NCBI RefSeq assembly: GCF_001447785.1
Contig: NW_015173153.1
Span: 39,920-103,919 of the forward strand
DNA: 64,000 bases
Origin: Gekko japonicus
Taxonomy: Eukaryota
Direction: 5' to 3'
The translations under genes were made by a program, and so were the position numbers. Below are positions 49,739 to 63,259 of this stretch, piece by piece (position 1 is the stretch's first letter; each line of letters opens with the position of its first letter). Under the pieces are notes generated by a model that was not told the origin of the DNA, did not search any database, and was given only the letters and a program-made list of their open reading frames with translations.

Positions 49739-49917
49739 CATAGTTGAGTTATGGTGACACCACGGGTTTTAAAGGTATGAGGCATTCAGAGGTGGTTTGC
49801 CATTGCCTGCTTCTGCATAACAACTCTGGAATTCCTTGGCGGTCTCCCATTGAAATACTGACCAAGACCAACTCTGCTTAGCTTCTGAGATATGATGAGA
49901 TCAAACTAGCCTGGGCT
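49739..49917 (-). mobile_element. 5S rRNA-derived SINE (tail continues at ~49345-49378)
   Basis: ggtctccca..aaatactgacca..ctgcttagcttctgagat..gatgagatc, the antisense of the 5S internal region. Confidence 0.8.
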
Positions 49918-49927
49918 TCGCTCAGTG

Positions 49928-50105
49928 GGCATGGCTCAAAGGTAGTGCATAGGGTTTCAGTGCAGACGTCCAAGGCTCAAACCCTTCTTTCTCATGTTAA
50001 AGGATCTCAGGCAGTAGGACTGAGAAATCCCCATGCCTAAAGTCCTAGTGCCAGTCAGGGCTGCTAGTGCTAAGCTAGATAGACCAGAGGTCTAACTCAA
50101 TATAA
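49928..50105 (+). mobile_element. Diverged tRNA-head/CR1-tail SINE (Squam2-like)
   Basis: tggctca..ggtag.gcat head; tgccagtcag..gctagat.gacca..ggtct.actca tail. Confidence 0.5.
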
Positions 50106-51599
50106 TAAAAATATATGATGTCATTCAGAACACTTAGTTAACAAAACAGCTGTGAAGTTTCCTAGTAACAGGCAACTTTACTTAGATTGTAATTCAGGGT
50201 CAAATCCTCAAGTAAAACATTTATATTTAGCATCCCTAAACAAATTCCAGTAAAATCAGCTTCTCTTTACATCTAGGTACACTGGCACTGGCTTAACTGC
50301 AGCTGTCAAATAAAGCTGTGGTCATAGTTTCAGGACCCCCATCCTAGAATCTCACTAAGAAGACTTGCCAGTTGCACAGACATGAAAACTAAACATGGAT
50401 TTCAAGCCCTTGAATATTTTTTATTATCTGAAAATCGATGACAACCCAGGAGCCATCAGCTAGGAGTCTTTCTCCCTGTATAAATCCCATTAAATTGCAG
50501 CAAGACTATCACAGACTTCACTGGAGGCAATATTTTTTTACCCACAGAGGTTATTATAAGCAATTCACTTATGACTGGACCACTAAAATAATATAAAGGA
50601 GGATTTCTAAGTAGGAGTTCAAGTTTGCTAATCTAAAAGTACAAGCTAGGGTCCATAAGAAATCATGGGGGGTAACAGTTTGAAAACCCCACCTATAAAA
50701 TCTCCCTTTCCAGCATTCCATAAGTTCTCAGTAGTCAATCACCCATTCCCTGTAAATATGAAGAATCACAGTTTTATGTTGACTTCACTGACTAGAATTC
50801 CCAAAAAAAAAATCTACAAGAAACGGGAATGGCAGAGGGATCATATGGAGCCATTTTCAAAGTGTGTCTCTCAGACTTTTACCCTTATAGAGTATGAAAA
50901 TTCTATTCATCATAAAACCAAGATGGTTTCCTCAGGAACATAAAATTTGTTGCTCCAAGCTGGCTGCTAAGCAGAAGGAGGTAAGAATAACCTATGCTTT
51001 TCGTCCCCTCCAGAACCAATGCCCATTGCCAGATGGATCAGAGACTAAGTCTTTGAAGCACTGACATGTCAGTGGGGCTCAACTTGCTCCCAGCTGCTGG
51101 TGAGGCTGGAGGAGATCAGGCATAGCTCATGTCTTTGTTACCTCTCAGACAAAGACTACAGATTTCAAAACTTCATTTCATATATTCTTCCTCAGTAGAG
51201 GCTGATTAGAGTACATCATAAGCTTTGTTGGAAAGAATTAGTAAGGCAGCCAGTCAGTATACATGAAGGGAAGTCTCCTTAGTCTTCATCTATAGACTTG
51301 CTTCGTACTTGTACTGTGGACTTGTTCTGTATTTGTATACTTACCTGTTGGAAGACTGGAAATACATTGTATGCTACCTGTTAGAATATTAAATATGTTT
51401 ATTATGTACTTGCCTGCTCAACATTTGTAGATGCTATACATGTATTACTACCTCTTCAATTTTTCTAAGCGTCTTTCTGCACAGTTTTTCCTCCTGATAT
51501 TATATTGTTCACTGTGTGATCACTTGCTGGGTTTACTCTACAATCTCTCCAAGTTGGGGGTGGATTACTTTTCTGGGGTCCCTGTTATGGACCCTCCCA

Positions 51600-52480
51600 A
51601 AAGGTCTCCCACATTTATACCCTCCCGCCCTTCCGGAGTGTGAACTCCTCTGTGCACCATGAGGAGTGGGTAGAAATGGTGCTCATCATGGGGGAAAGAA
51701 TTCCTCCAACCCCTGCATACCACAGGCCCCCATCCCGAGGCACCCAACCCATCCTGCCATGCCATTGGAGCCCGGTCCTAGCAGGGCATCACCAGGGATC
51801 TTGGAGACTCCTTCCCTGATCTGTTTCTGGGGCTCTCCACAGACACAGAAGAGTTGTTAGCACTGCCCAAAGACACCAGAAGTTGCTGCTAACACTCTTT
51901 GGAGAGGAGGACTTTGACAGCAGTGATTTAGATGGTGATGGGAAGCCCACAGTTTGGAAATATTTCAGCACCCTCCCCAGTAACCTGTGTGGCAGAGTGT
52001 CAGGTGTGCCACACCCATGTCTGATGGGGTGCAAACCCCCAACACTTGTCCTCCTTCATCTTCCCCAGGCATCTGCAAATGGTGCACCCCAGCATGTTGC
52101 CACCGGACAAAAGAGTGGCAGCCGGCAGGAGGAAAAACAGGCCCACTCTGTCAGTTCATGAGAAGGGAGGGCAGGAAGGGCTGCATCAGTGCTTAGTTCT
52201 TGTGGCCCTCAGGAAGCAATTTTTCTCCAGGCCAGTTGGTATTTGTGTATTTCCTGTATTGTTGGACTAAATGGCCCTGAAGATCCCTTCCAACTCTATG
52301 ATTCTATGATTCACTCTCAGGAGGGAGAAGCTGAGGGGGAGCCCAGATTGGCTCCACGCACTCAGGCTGCCATGGGTGGGATATCAAGGTGGGCCACCCT
52401 CCAAGAGGTCAAAAGGGCTATGTGGAAGGCCCATGAAGAAATCACTTGCTGTGTCAGGTAGTTGATTGCTGTGGATGGCC
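51600..52480 (+). pseudogene. Second decayed hAT transposase fragment (same family as 45400-47469)
   Basis: PTVWKYFSTLPSNLCGRVSGVPHPC aligns with SLWKHLCILSSDPCVRVPGVPHPC; LIAVDGL at ~52462; small CR1 3' piece inserted at ~52210-52310. Confidence 0.7.
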
Positions 52481-52489
52481 TTCTATACC

Positions 52490-53066
52490 TTGTAGCTAAT
52501 AGTCACTGATGGACCTCTGCTCCATTTGTTCATCTAATCCCCTCTTGAGGCTGTCTATGCTCATAGCCGCCACTTCCTGTGGTAGTGAATTCCATGAATT
52601 AATTACTCTTTGGGTGAAGAAATACTTCCTTTTATCTGTTCTAACCCAACTGCTCATTAATTTCATTGAGTGCCCATGAGTTCTTGCATTGTGAGAAAAG
52701 GATAAAAGTACTTCTTTCTCTGCCTTCTTTAACCCATGCATAATGTTGTAAATCTCTATCATGTCACCCCCCAGTCTTCAGATTTCCAAGTTAAAGAGCC
52801 CTAACCTCTTTAACCTTTCTTCATAGGAAAAGTGTTCCATCCCCTTAATTATTTTCATTGCCCTTTTATGCATTTTTTCCAGTGTTATAATATCTTCCTT
52901 GAGGTGCAGTGACCAGAACTGTACACAGTATTCAAATGAGGCTGCACCAGCGATTTATACAGGGACATTATGATACTGGCTGATTTGTTTTCAATCCCCT
53001 TCCTAATAATCCTGAGCATAGCATTTGCCTTTTTTATTGTAGTTGCACACTGAGTCGACATTTTCA
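52490..53066 (-). mobile_element. CR1 RT C-terminal fragment
   Basis: KKANAMLRIIRKGIENK..LYKSLVQPHL; MIEIYNIMHG..RTHGHSMKL..FFTQRVINSWNSLP. Confidence 0.9.
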
Positions 53067-54283
53067 GGGAGCTACCTGGCAAGGCGGGATGCAAATCGAA
53101 AGTAATAAATACATAAATAAATAAATAAATAAAATAATACCACGACTGCATCACGGTGCTTGTGCAGATGCAGAGTGGAGCATGGGCAGAAGTCCTCTGT
53201 AGCCTTAGGTCCAGATATGGCTTGTCTCTGGCTGCCATGCACCTGTGGCACAAGGTTGCCCTGGCAACAGTATACAGTCCATAGTCCAGCATGGGGAACT
53301 CCGCTTAGGACCTCAGCTCTGTCCATTGCCCTGGCACCCAATTCACAGTCCAGCGAGGCATTGATTAAGAGAGTCTCTTTAACAGTGCACTCTGGAACGG
53401 CTACTTGGCAACAATTCCCAGCCCTGCTATCCAAGAACCTTTCTAATGAAGGTGCCAAATGTGAACATGAGACTTTAGGTTTACAAAGCTCAGCTATGGC
53501 ACCTCCCTTGATTCTTGACAACTGGGGGGGAAGAGTTGTTCCCTTCTTCAACCTTTTGAATTCCTCCAAAAGGAGTAATTGCTCCTATTTTATGATGGCA
53601 TTAAAAACTGTATTAATACTCCATCTTATAATTCTCACCCACAAGATTTATCTTGCCACAAAAAACTACAAAGGGCCCTCAAAGACTTCCTCTGAACATT
53701 GCTCAAATAATGAGGACTTACCAAAAAAAAAAAAAAAGGAAGCTAATAATACCCCTGCATTTCTCCCAGCACACACATGTGCACCCCAATTCTTCTCCAA
53801 AACCACATGACAGAGAGAAGAGTAGTGCAAGTAGCCCACATGATCACTTATGATAGATAGCTGTATTAAAAATTAAACATAAATTATTGGAATTACAGTG
53901 TTGGCACAAGATGAAAAGGTGCTTTGTATTGCTGAAAGTGTTCACTCACAGACTTAGAGTTTGGCTCACAAGATGTGGTTCACCTGAATAAATTAAAACC
54001 ATTTATTGTTTGAAACATGGATTTTAATATAGTAGAAACATCCCCCATCTCCATAAAAAGTGCCCCATGCAATGAAGTTCATGCATAATTGAATCCTGTA
54101 GTAGTGTCAGACAGGAAGTACTTTGGCTATGGAGAATCAAAAAATAAAGCAATCCCCCTAGACCAGCTCCAATCCCTGGAGGAAGATTCTTACCCTTTAT
54201 TATTGCTCTGAAGCCCAGCCTAGCCATATCTTATGATTTTTCATTGTTGTGCCAGAAGAGAAAAAAGTGAGAGGAGCATATTT

Positions 54284-54544
54284 AGAAGAGAAGAGATTGG
54301 ATTTATACCCCACCCTTCATTTCCCAAAGGAGTCTCAAACAGCTTACAATCCCTTTCCCTTCCTCTCCTCACAGCAGACACCCTGTGACATAGGTGGGTC
54401 TGAGAGAGCTCTCTCAAGAACTGCCCTTGAGACAACAGCTCTGAAAGAACTTATGACTGACTCAAGGTCACTCCAGCAACTGCATGTGGAGGAGTGGGGG
54501 ATCAAACCCAGTTCTCTCCTAACTACTACACCAAACTGGCTCTC
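54284..54544 (-). mobile_element. Squam3-like SINE
   Basis: Antisense of the 40916 copy; ends ctacaccaaactggctctc. Confidence 0.88.
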
Positions 54545-55354
54545 AGAGTCATTCTTTTAATCTTGCATTAAACCCAGGTGTCTGGGGATGGATTCTTTTC
54601 CACCCCTGCACTTAGGTCCTTATAAGGAGCCCAGTGAGCCTGCCATAACAATGCCAGGCAGCCTCCTGTGGCCTCTGCTGCTTGCTGGCCCTGCCCAGGC
54701 AGTGGCAGCCTCAGGTGACCATCCTTGGCTGCAAGAGAATGAGCAAGGGAGGGAAGGAGAAGCAACACCAGCAGGGAGCAACTGGGCAGCAACAGGAAAA
54801 TGGAAGAACAACCTCCAGGGAGTCCCTGAAGCAGGTGGGAGGCCTAGCTGGCTAGATACACCCTAGGAAAATATGGGATGGTCCCTAGCCCTGACGAGGA
54901 GGGGCTAGGAGAGCCTTTTAAAGACTCAGAAATGAAATGGCAAGCTGGAGAGGAGGAAGGACAACAGCCAACTAGCTGGGAGGCGAGTCACTAAGGAGGC
55001 AAGGGATGCATCGTTGAAAGCCCAGAGAAGCCCCACCCCCTAGTACCCTTTTATAAAGTCTGCATGCAGACAGCCAAGAAAGAAGGAGACGAGGTTGTGT
55101 CTTCAAAGTCAGAGAGCAGGCAAAGGCCAGGGAGACAAAGAACCAGGGTGAAGGAATGCCACCCTCTCCCCACTGGAGTCCCCGGATGCCACTGGGAAAG
55201 AACTCTTGCTCTTGCCCACCACTCCCATGGATTCAGTGGTTGCTGCTGCTGCTCCTACCCCGGCTGGACACACTGGAAAAGGAGAAGCTGAAAGGCACAC
55301 ACACACACACCTGATTCCAGCCCCCTGACACCAAGAATGATCATAAGTAGAAAC

Positions 55355-56319
55355 CAGGAGGCCCTTAGCCAGGAATGTATAAGCCAGGGGGCATTTTAAT
55401 TCCTCTGGGGGCACTGGCTGAATCAATGAAAGGTAATTTAATTAACTCACACACTCCAGCTGGCCCCACATTCATCTTGGGCCAGCTGACAGGCCATTTC
55501 TCAGTGCACTCGGGACCTTGGTGTTCCAGGGGGGAGGCCTGGTCAGCACCACCACTGCAGTAGGAGGCAGCAGTGGTGGCCCAAAAGCTAACCGCAACAG
55601 TAACCCAGGCGAGGCGTGGGTCCACCGGGAGGCAGAGCAGCTGAATGGCCAAGGGGTAGAGGAGGAAGTGGAGCTGGAGGTGGCACCACTGGAGTTCCCG
55701 GATGCCACCGGGAAAGAGCTCTTGCTCTTGCCCACCACTCCCATGGATTCAGTGGCTGCTGCTGCTACTACTACCCCGGCTGGCCCCATGTTTGCCAAGA
55801 GCAACCGCTGGACCTTGGCTTTCCGTGGAGGCAGCTCATCAGCAGCAAACAATAGCCGCAAGGTTGCAGGAGCAGCCTGGCCATGTCAGCTGCTGAACTG
55901 GCGGGGGGTGGCAGCAGCAGTGTGGAGGAGGAGCTGGAGGGCTTGCTGGAGGGGAAGGAGCTGGTGCAGGATGGGATTGTTGAGCAACAGCACCGAGGAG
56001 GACGGTGAAGGAGGCAGCCTTGGCAATGGCAGCACTCCACCTGGCCCCATGTTCATTCTGCAAGAGCCTCTGAATCAGCACGACTCATGGAAGTGGGGCA
56101 GAGAGTGCGGTCAAGGTCGCCTCTTGATCAGTGACTGGCCCAGAGAGAGGTGTGGTGCAGGGGGGAGGCAAGGAGAAGTGGTGGCCATGGCAGCACAGTA
56201 GGAGTTTGTGGCGGCAGCCTCATCTTGTCAGAAAGTCAGGGGGGCTGGGCAAAAAGGAAGTTGTGGGGCCTTGTCAGGTATTGGGGGGGGCAAAACGTCC
56301 CACTGTAGATACGGGCCTG
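55355..56319. mobile_element. GC-rich non-autonomous hAT element
   Basis: Ends cagg.ggcccttagcc / gatacgggcctg; 8-bp TSD gtagaaac / gtagaaat; internal repeated actcca.ctggcccca motif. Confidence 0.7.
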
Positions 56320-58469
56320 GTAGAAATCCAATGTGATCCCTGACAGTCATTTGTTTATAGGATTTGGTGTTGTAGTTTTTCCAAAATGACAGTATATATG
56401 AATACAACCTGGAGTAATAGTCTATATAACTCTATATCCCATGTTCTAGCAGTGGCCATTCAGAGGCCACAGACACTTGGACTGTATTCACACATGAGAT
56501 GCCATGAAATTCTCAAGGATATGTTTGGATTACACTGAGCAACTCAAGCAGCTGCCAAATAAGTATATAACTGCCTGTTGGTCAGAAAATGACTCACAGC
56601 TGACCCAGGGATCATCTAGGTGGGACGTTATTACCCCAACCCACTCAGTAAAATAGCTACATTGTGAAGCTGTAGAAGTAGGTTTACCAGGCAGTGCCAG
56701 GCAACAAACACGGTGGCTTTAGGCAGGGATATGATACCTGCTGTGGCAGCATGTCATGTCCAGTAAACACTTGGGAGCTCCAGGAATCTTCGGAAACTCT
56801 ATGATAAAACCTAGATTTTCTGGTGATTCTAGAGCTAATGGCCAGAAACACTATGATTTTACCATTTCGTTTCCAGCAAATCCTAGAGCTACTTATGTCA
56901 CTTCCTGTTTTTTACCAGAAAAGATGTGACATCACAGCCAGCATCATGGGGGGGTGTTTGCAAAACAGTAGTATGAAAATGTCAGAGTTATTTTCTTTTT
57001 TAAAAATAATCTGAGGACTTCTGGCTAATTGATGCATATTAGATTTTAAAAGTCTACATCCTCATATAAAATTTACACTTTCTTAGCTACATTTTATACA
57101 TTACCTTTTAACTTTGTAATCAATATAATTTCATATTTTCTAAAATTCTCTCATTCAGGGACCAAGGACACTGTAATGTTCATTCAGACCTCAGACAATT
57201 GAAATGAAAAAGACACTATTCATTACAGCAATAATGTTACTGGAAATGGTTTTTGTTGTTTTCTACTTTGTATACATCATTTCTCAATGTAGGTAAAAGA
57301 AACAGTATTCCATAATGAAGCTGCACTGCTGATTGTTATTTTCTTGCTTCGTAAAATCTGTATTGGAAGTTCAAGCTCCTTACACATCAGATGCATCTGG
57401 CTGTGCCTTTTAGCTCTGCAAAACAAAAGACATCCAAGAGGGACAGACACTTTTCCCCCATCACAGCAGCTATGCCGCTACTGAATTTCTGCCTCTCATG
57501 CAACACAGCAACTTTTCTCAAAGAAAAAATGCCCTGCCCATCACACGGAAGACATAGATTTACAGAAATGAATAGAGATTCATTTCTACATCTTGTTGGT
57601 GGCTTATGGTCTTCTCACTATAAAACGTAGACATCAGAGACCAGGCCTGTTTTCCTTTCTGTCATTCTGTCCTCACTCAGGACCCTAATTTTAATTTAAA
57701 AATAGCTTTCATTGTAATGTCACGGGGAAAAAATCACTGAACCCAGCTGTAGTGCCCACTACTATGAGTATTTATATCCCATGTTTCCTATTCCTAGGCA
57801 GTGACTGCAGTTTTGCTCGTGTCAGTTGGATTATTTTTATCACATGGNNNNNNNNNNNNNNNNNNNNNNNNNNNNNNNNNNNNNNNNNNNNNNNNNNNNN
57901 NNNNNNNNNNNNNNNNNNNNNNNNNNNNNNNNNNNNNNNNNNNNNNNNNNNNNNNNNNNNNNNNNNNNNNNNNNNNNNNNNNNNNNNNNNNNNNNNNNNN
58001 NNNNNNNNNNNNNNNNNNNNNNNNNNNNNNNNTCAGTAACATCTCATTATCATGAGCCTGCAAGGAAATTTTCCAATATGTACACGTTTGGAAAAATAGG
58101 AAAACAGGATATAAAGTTTATGTCAATATATGAATTTTTAGACTACTGAACTTTGTTGGGTGAGATCATTAGGAAAGACACAATCTTTCCTTTATAATGT
58201 TCATTACTCATATCAATGTGACTCAGATTTTTTTTTTGAGAGAAATAGGTGATTCTTTCAATCTGCAAAATAGACCTTTTCAAAGATAGAGAAGTGATTC
58301 TTTCAGTCTGCAGGATGGAGCCATTCAAAGACATGTTTTGGACTGGGGAAAATCCATTTCATTGAAATGGAAACAAAGAGAATGAATCCTAAAGATTTTT
58401 ACAGTATGTTGTACCATGTCTAAATCTGAACCTTCACAGTCCATATGTGATGTAAACCTGATAAAGCAT

Positions 58470-59180
58470 TTTTATAAATATATTTTATTTTAAGAAAACA
58501 AAATAGAAATGTAAAAGGGGAGCAAAAAGAGAAAAGGAATTATATAACAAATTATATATCTGAAAACTTATTATACATTGCAGGAGTGTGTGTGTGTGTG
58601 TGTGTGAATTTCTCCCCAACAGCCTCCTCTTCATAATCTTTACAATAATCCTTACTTCAAACATTTTAATTTCTAAACAGTATAACTAGTCTATTTTACC
58701 ACTACATTATTAATTTTCATCATAGCTACATATTCTATATTACGCATTTCATCATTTCTACATATTTACCTTTAATATAATTATTACCTTTAATATAATA
58801 ATAATGGAGCTGCGGTGGCTCAAGTGGTTAAGACGCTGAACTGCAGGCTGTGGAAGGTCAGTAGTTCAGCAGTTCAAGACCCGGGTGCTGCAAGACGGGG
58901 TGAGCTCCTGTCTCTAGTTCCAGCTCCTGACAACCTAGCAGTTCAAAATCAAGAAATTGCAAGTAGATATCTCATTCTAAATTTGTCTCCTGCTTTCATA
59001 ATAAATTTTTCATCTCTCCTCAAATTTCAAAATTGATCTGTTTTTCAGATATGATGTTAATTTCACCATTACTGCATAATCGGCCAGTTTATTTTCCCAT
59101 TCTTCTAAGCCTGGACAGATGTCAAATTTCCATTTTGCTGCATAGATGATTTTAACTACTGTCACCATAACCTGGTGAAA
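58470..59180 (-). mobile_element. Old L1-type 3' end, interrupted by a Sauria SINE
   Basis: Minus-strand MVTVVKIIYAAKWK..CPGLEEW at ~59040-59170, followed by an AT-rich 3' UTR. Confidence 0.55.
58806..58967 (+). mobile_element. Sauria SINE 5' half
   Basis: ggagctgcggtggctcaagtggttaag head, colinear with 63260. Confidence 0.88.
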
Positions 59181-62100
59181 TTTTTAAAATACCAGGTTTA
59201 AAAATAAACCTCCCACAATTCAAACTGCACAAGAGATCACACAGCCAGAAAAGCTACTAACGGCTATTGTGATATTTCGTTAATATAGCAGAGTTTTGCC
59301 CAGTCATAGAAGCGTGATACTGAGTGCAGTAAATAAATCTCCCAAGAAGTATATTACCAAAAAAAGGTAAACTTACATTTATTGAAGTAGATCCAGTTCA
59401 CATTCAGGTTGCAGTCAAAAGAAGAGAAAAAGAAGCCTAATCTAAAGAGTACTTTCTCCATCACAAATAGCCCACTAATTCAGCATCATGTGTGTGGGAG
59501 TATGAGGGCACTTGTATCCACAGGAGAGACCTGAAGAGACATGTGTCTCCATGGAAGGCCATGTGCAGAAAGAGAGGACAGAGGAGGGGTCAGAGGGCAG
59601 CTCACAGGTTAAGACAAAAGGAGGCATCCCATTCAAGGAGATAACATCTATACACACTTAGAGTGATGTAGCATCCTCCAATGTCCAGGCATTTTGAGTC
59701 ACTCATTCCAACAACAACCTCATCCTAATCCCTAACCTAAGAGGGTTTGTGATGGAGACTAAGACCTAGGCTGGAGTATCCTGAACCTATGCTGGTGTAT
59801 GTGGAGATACGTCAGCAGCAAGCCCTGTCAGCACCATGCCAGAACTGCACCAATATAATCACTATATCAGCACACCACTGGGAAGCATCATGGGTGTGCT
59901 GTGGGAGGGGCAGGACTTAGTTTGCTCCCTCCAGCACAAGATGAAGCCATCGAAACCCCTGTCATAGTTTAGATCAATCCCATAAGGATGCATGCAAGGG
60001 GGGAAACCCAAAGGAATCAGTCAGCAGTCAGTCACATCCCTCTGGAGCAGCCAATTACAGCCCCATATAGACTCCAGCCAAGAGATACCTATAGCTCAGA
60101 TAGATGGGGCTCTATCTCTATGGTCCATGTTTTGCACATTTGCAGTACAAAGCCTTGCACTTTGGTGGAGAAAACTACACTTGGAGGGTAGTCCATCCCC
60201 ATTGATTAGGTTTGACAGAGCAAACTTCAGCTGCCCTCTAGATGGATTGCCTCCGAGCTCTGTCTGCATGGGAATCAAATCAAGGGTCTTGCCTGTGCTG
60301 TCCCTGTCATTCCACTGTTCTCTCCCCACCCACCCTGTTTCTTGTTCTCTCTTCCCTTCCCCACCCTGCTTCATATGGCTGGTGTGGACAGCAGGGCTGC
60401 TGCCCTTTGTGTTTCCTGTTCCTGTGTGCCCCATTGGGTGAGTGGTTGGAGAACTGCTCCTGAGTGCAGGAGGCATGGGTTCTAATTTGACCTCCTATTT
60501 TGCTACTTTTGGCAAAAAGTGTCTTCTGGCTATCCCCCAGGTATTTGAAGCCATGCCTCCCATTGGCCACATGGGTGCCTTTCTCCAGTAAGCTGTTGAG
60601 GGGATGACAGAATTGCCTTTGGAAAGAGGGTAATTGTGTGTTCCCTTGTTGTTCCCAGAGTCTGCAAAAGGCTTGGTGCTGCCACATTCCACTGAGATCC
60701 AAACTGTTTGCAGGAGGGGTCTTGGGTTGCCTGTGCAGAGTGAGCCATGGGAATATGGGGGTGCTGTGGCTGGACTGACCATGTTTCCTCCCTTGCATGT
60801 CCACCTGGCAAAATGTAACATGTCTGCGACTGCAGTACTCCTACTTTACCAGAGATCATTAAATATATCTTAAAATATACAAAGGCAATTGCCTCTTCCA
60901 CAATCAATCTGAACACTAAAACAATCTCAGTCGTAAGACTCACAAGTCAGTCTGTGTAAAGATGTGAGATGAGAAAACAAGGACAGTTTGATTCTGCCCT
61001 CCTAAAAGGATGATTGTTACCTGATCTTTCAGGGGAGCTCTAATATATACTGTTCTCCTGTTGGAGATTACTCTTGTACCAGTCTATCTACTGTAAATCA
61101 CATGGAATAAAAAGAATACTCCAGGTGGCACAAAGAGGCCACATGGAAATACTTAATCTGACCTATAACACTATGGACAGACAAGACTGATTTGCCGTCT
61201 TTTCTATGGTCTTTTACAGAATGCCCATGCAAATATTTGGAAATGAATGACATAGGGATCATCACTCTTCATGAGCCTAAGGCTTAGGCCACAGAGGACA
61301 AGCAAAAAAGGAATGAAATCCTATGAAAAACTATAAGCTGATTAAAAATTTACAGAGCAGGGACTCCATTCCAAGTGCAGTAATTATACATCAAGCACGA
61401 GGCAATGCAATGCTTAGCACTAAAATCCACTTTGCCAGCTATCTGGTTACCGCTGTATCACCATGACTCCCATTAGTGCCTGTTAATGGCAACCAGTCAG
61501 TGGTTCTTTCTCTTCCTCTGATTTCCTGCAGGACATGTCTTCCTCTTTTCAGCAGCCCCTTCTCATGCTTAACTATAATGACTTTAATAACAATACACAG
61601 TTTAGCCCTTGTCACAGAAAACTAAGAAGAATGAGCAATGCTGAATTTACAAATTAAAGGTGAAATTCCCCATTTCAAATCTTCTTTCAAGGCACTTGAT
61701 TTTTAGGCATGCCTGTAAAACTTCTCCAGTGTATACTGGGACTGTAATCTGCAAAATGGCCTCCAGACTATGATCTTTGTGACACTGAAATAGACCCTCT
61801 GGAATTTTTCTGGTCAAAAACCTCCCTGGTCATAAACATACAGCCCGCATGGCAGGACCATAGCTAGAGTGGGCCCCATCGGGCGACGCCCCTTCCCAAA
61901 TTCTCAACACCCCGAATCTGAGAGCCCACCCTGCCCTGCACTCTCTGCCTGGCCATGGCTGCTCCCCCCGCCCCCTCACCTGCTCATTGTGGCTGCTATG
62001 CAGCAATGGGCAGGGTCGGAGCAGCCTCCTGCATGGTTCCCAGGCCTTGCCACAGCCCTGGCATGAGGGACTGGGCAGCCAGACTAGAAGTGTTGTGTCT

Positions 62101-62304
62101 CTCCTGAGAGCAGAATCTGCTCAGTGGATCCCATAACTGCTTCTCATCTGTGCTGACAAAGCACAGGCAAGCACGATTGCTGCACCCCCACGTGGCCCAA
62201 AGGCTTTCCAATGCAGCGGCAGCAGCCATGCACCACAGAGGAGCCAGGCAGGCAGACAGAAGCACCAGCATGAAAGCCAGATGGTACTATATCATCACCA
62301 TCAT

Positions 62305-62599
62305 GGTCTTCCGAGGCCCTGTGGAAGTACCTGGAAAGGAAAGAAGATCATGGGTGCGGACAGCATGGGAAGTACCACCTGGAACTGCGTCGATTCCATC
62401 TCTGGACTTATGATATCAGAAGTTGATTGAGCACCGTTGTTTTTAAATACCGGATGTTTTATTATGTATTATATGCTTTAAGTTATTATGTATATTATGT
62501 TTTAATTATGGCATGGTTATTACATTGCCCTTGTTAGCCGCCCTGAGTCCATCTGGGGAGGGCGGGATACAAATATGAAAAATAAATAAATAAATAAAT
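62305..62599 (+). mobile_element. L2 3' UTR fragment
   Basis: ttagccgccctgagtcc..ggagggcgggata..(AAAT)n; flanking atggtc repeats. Confidence 0.7.
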
Positions 62600-62892
62600 A
62601 TGGTCGGCTAGCCTTTTGCATGAACTCTCCTAGGAACCAGCAGCGGCTTCACAAAGTAGGCTACAAGCTGACACAACCAAGGAAGCCCAGGGCAGTGAGA
62701 GGGAAGAAAAGCCAACTGCGTGGGATGCTCTTTCAGGCAGATTGGAGTGGGAGGGAGGAGGGGGGATAGGAGCCCCTTCCCACCACACGCCCTTCCTCCA
62801 CTGTGTGCACATTTGTTCCACCTCTATTCTTTTTTCTCCCCCACCCCTCCTCCATCCAGTGCCACCACCACCACCAAAAATCATCTAGCTAC

Positions 62893-63133
62893 AGAGCTGG
62901 AGTGTGGTATAGTGGCTAGCGAGTCAGACTAGCACCTGGGATACCCACGTCTGAATGCCCACTCTATCATAAAAGCTTGTTGGATAACCTTGGGGTGGTC
63001 ACCCACTTTCAACCCAATCTACCTCACAGAATTGTTGCGTGGATAAAAACTGAGGAGAGAAGAACTGTTTAAGCTGCTTTGGATCCTCATAGGGAGGAAG
63101 ACAGGGTATAAATGAAGTAAATGAATAAAATAA
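62893..63133 (+). mobile_element. Squam3/Ther1-like SINE, diverged
   Basis: gtgtggtatagtgg head; ctacctcacag..ttgttg core; gggtataaatgaagtaaatgaataaa end. Confidence 0.75.
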
Positions 63134-63259
63134 ACCTGATTGAAATGGCTATAGATAATCCATATCATTCAGGAACACCTGGCATTGCTCAGCCATAGAC
63201 TGTTCAACTATCTTGGATTAAAAGTGGAAGACTGATTATTACTAATCTATACTTCCACA

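Noticed and set aside
53072-53810. 165-aa and 216-aa overlapping ORFs, including 'EVLSGVP' reminiscent of CR1 RT
   Set aside because: Non-ATG starts, no further RT motifs and no splice context; probably chance
55518-56201. 227-aa ORF
   Set aside because: Lies within a GC-rich TSD-bounded non-autonomous element; no recognisable domain
54880-56345. Possible LTR hosting the hAT element (ends cctgaca)
   Set aside because: Could not find a matching TG start with a TSD
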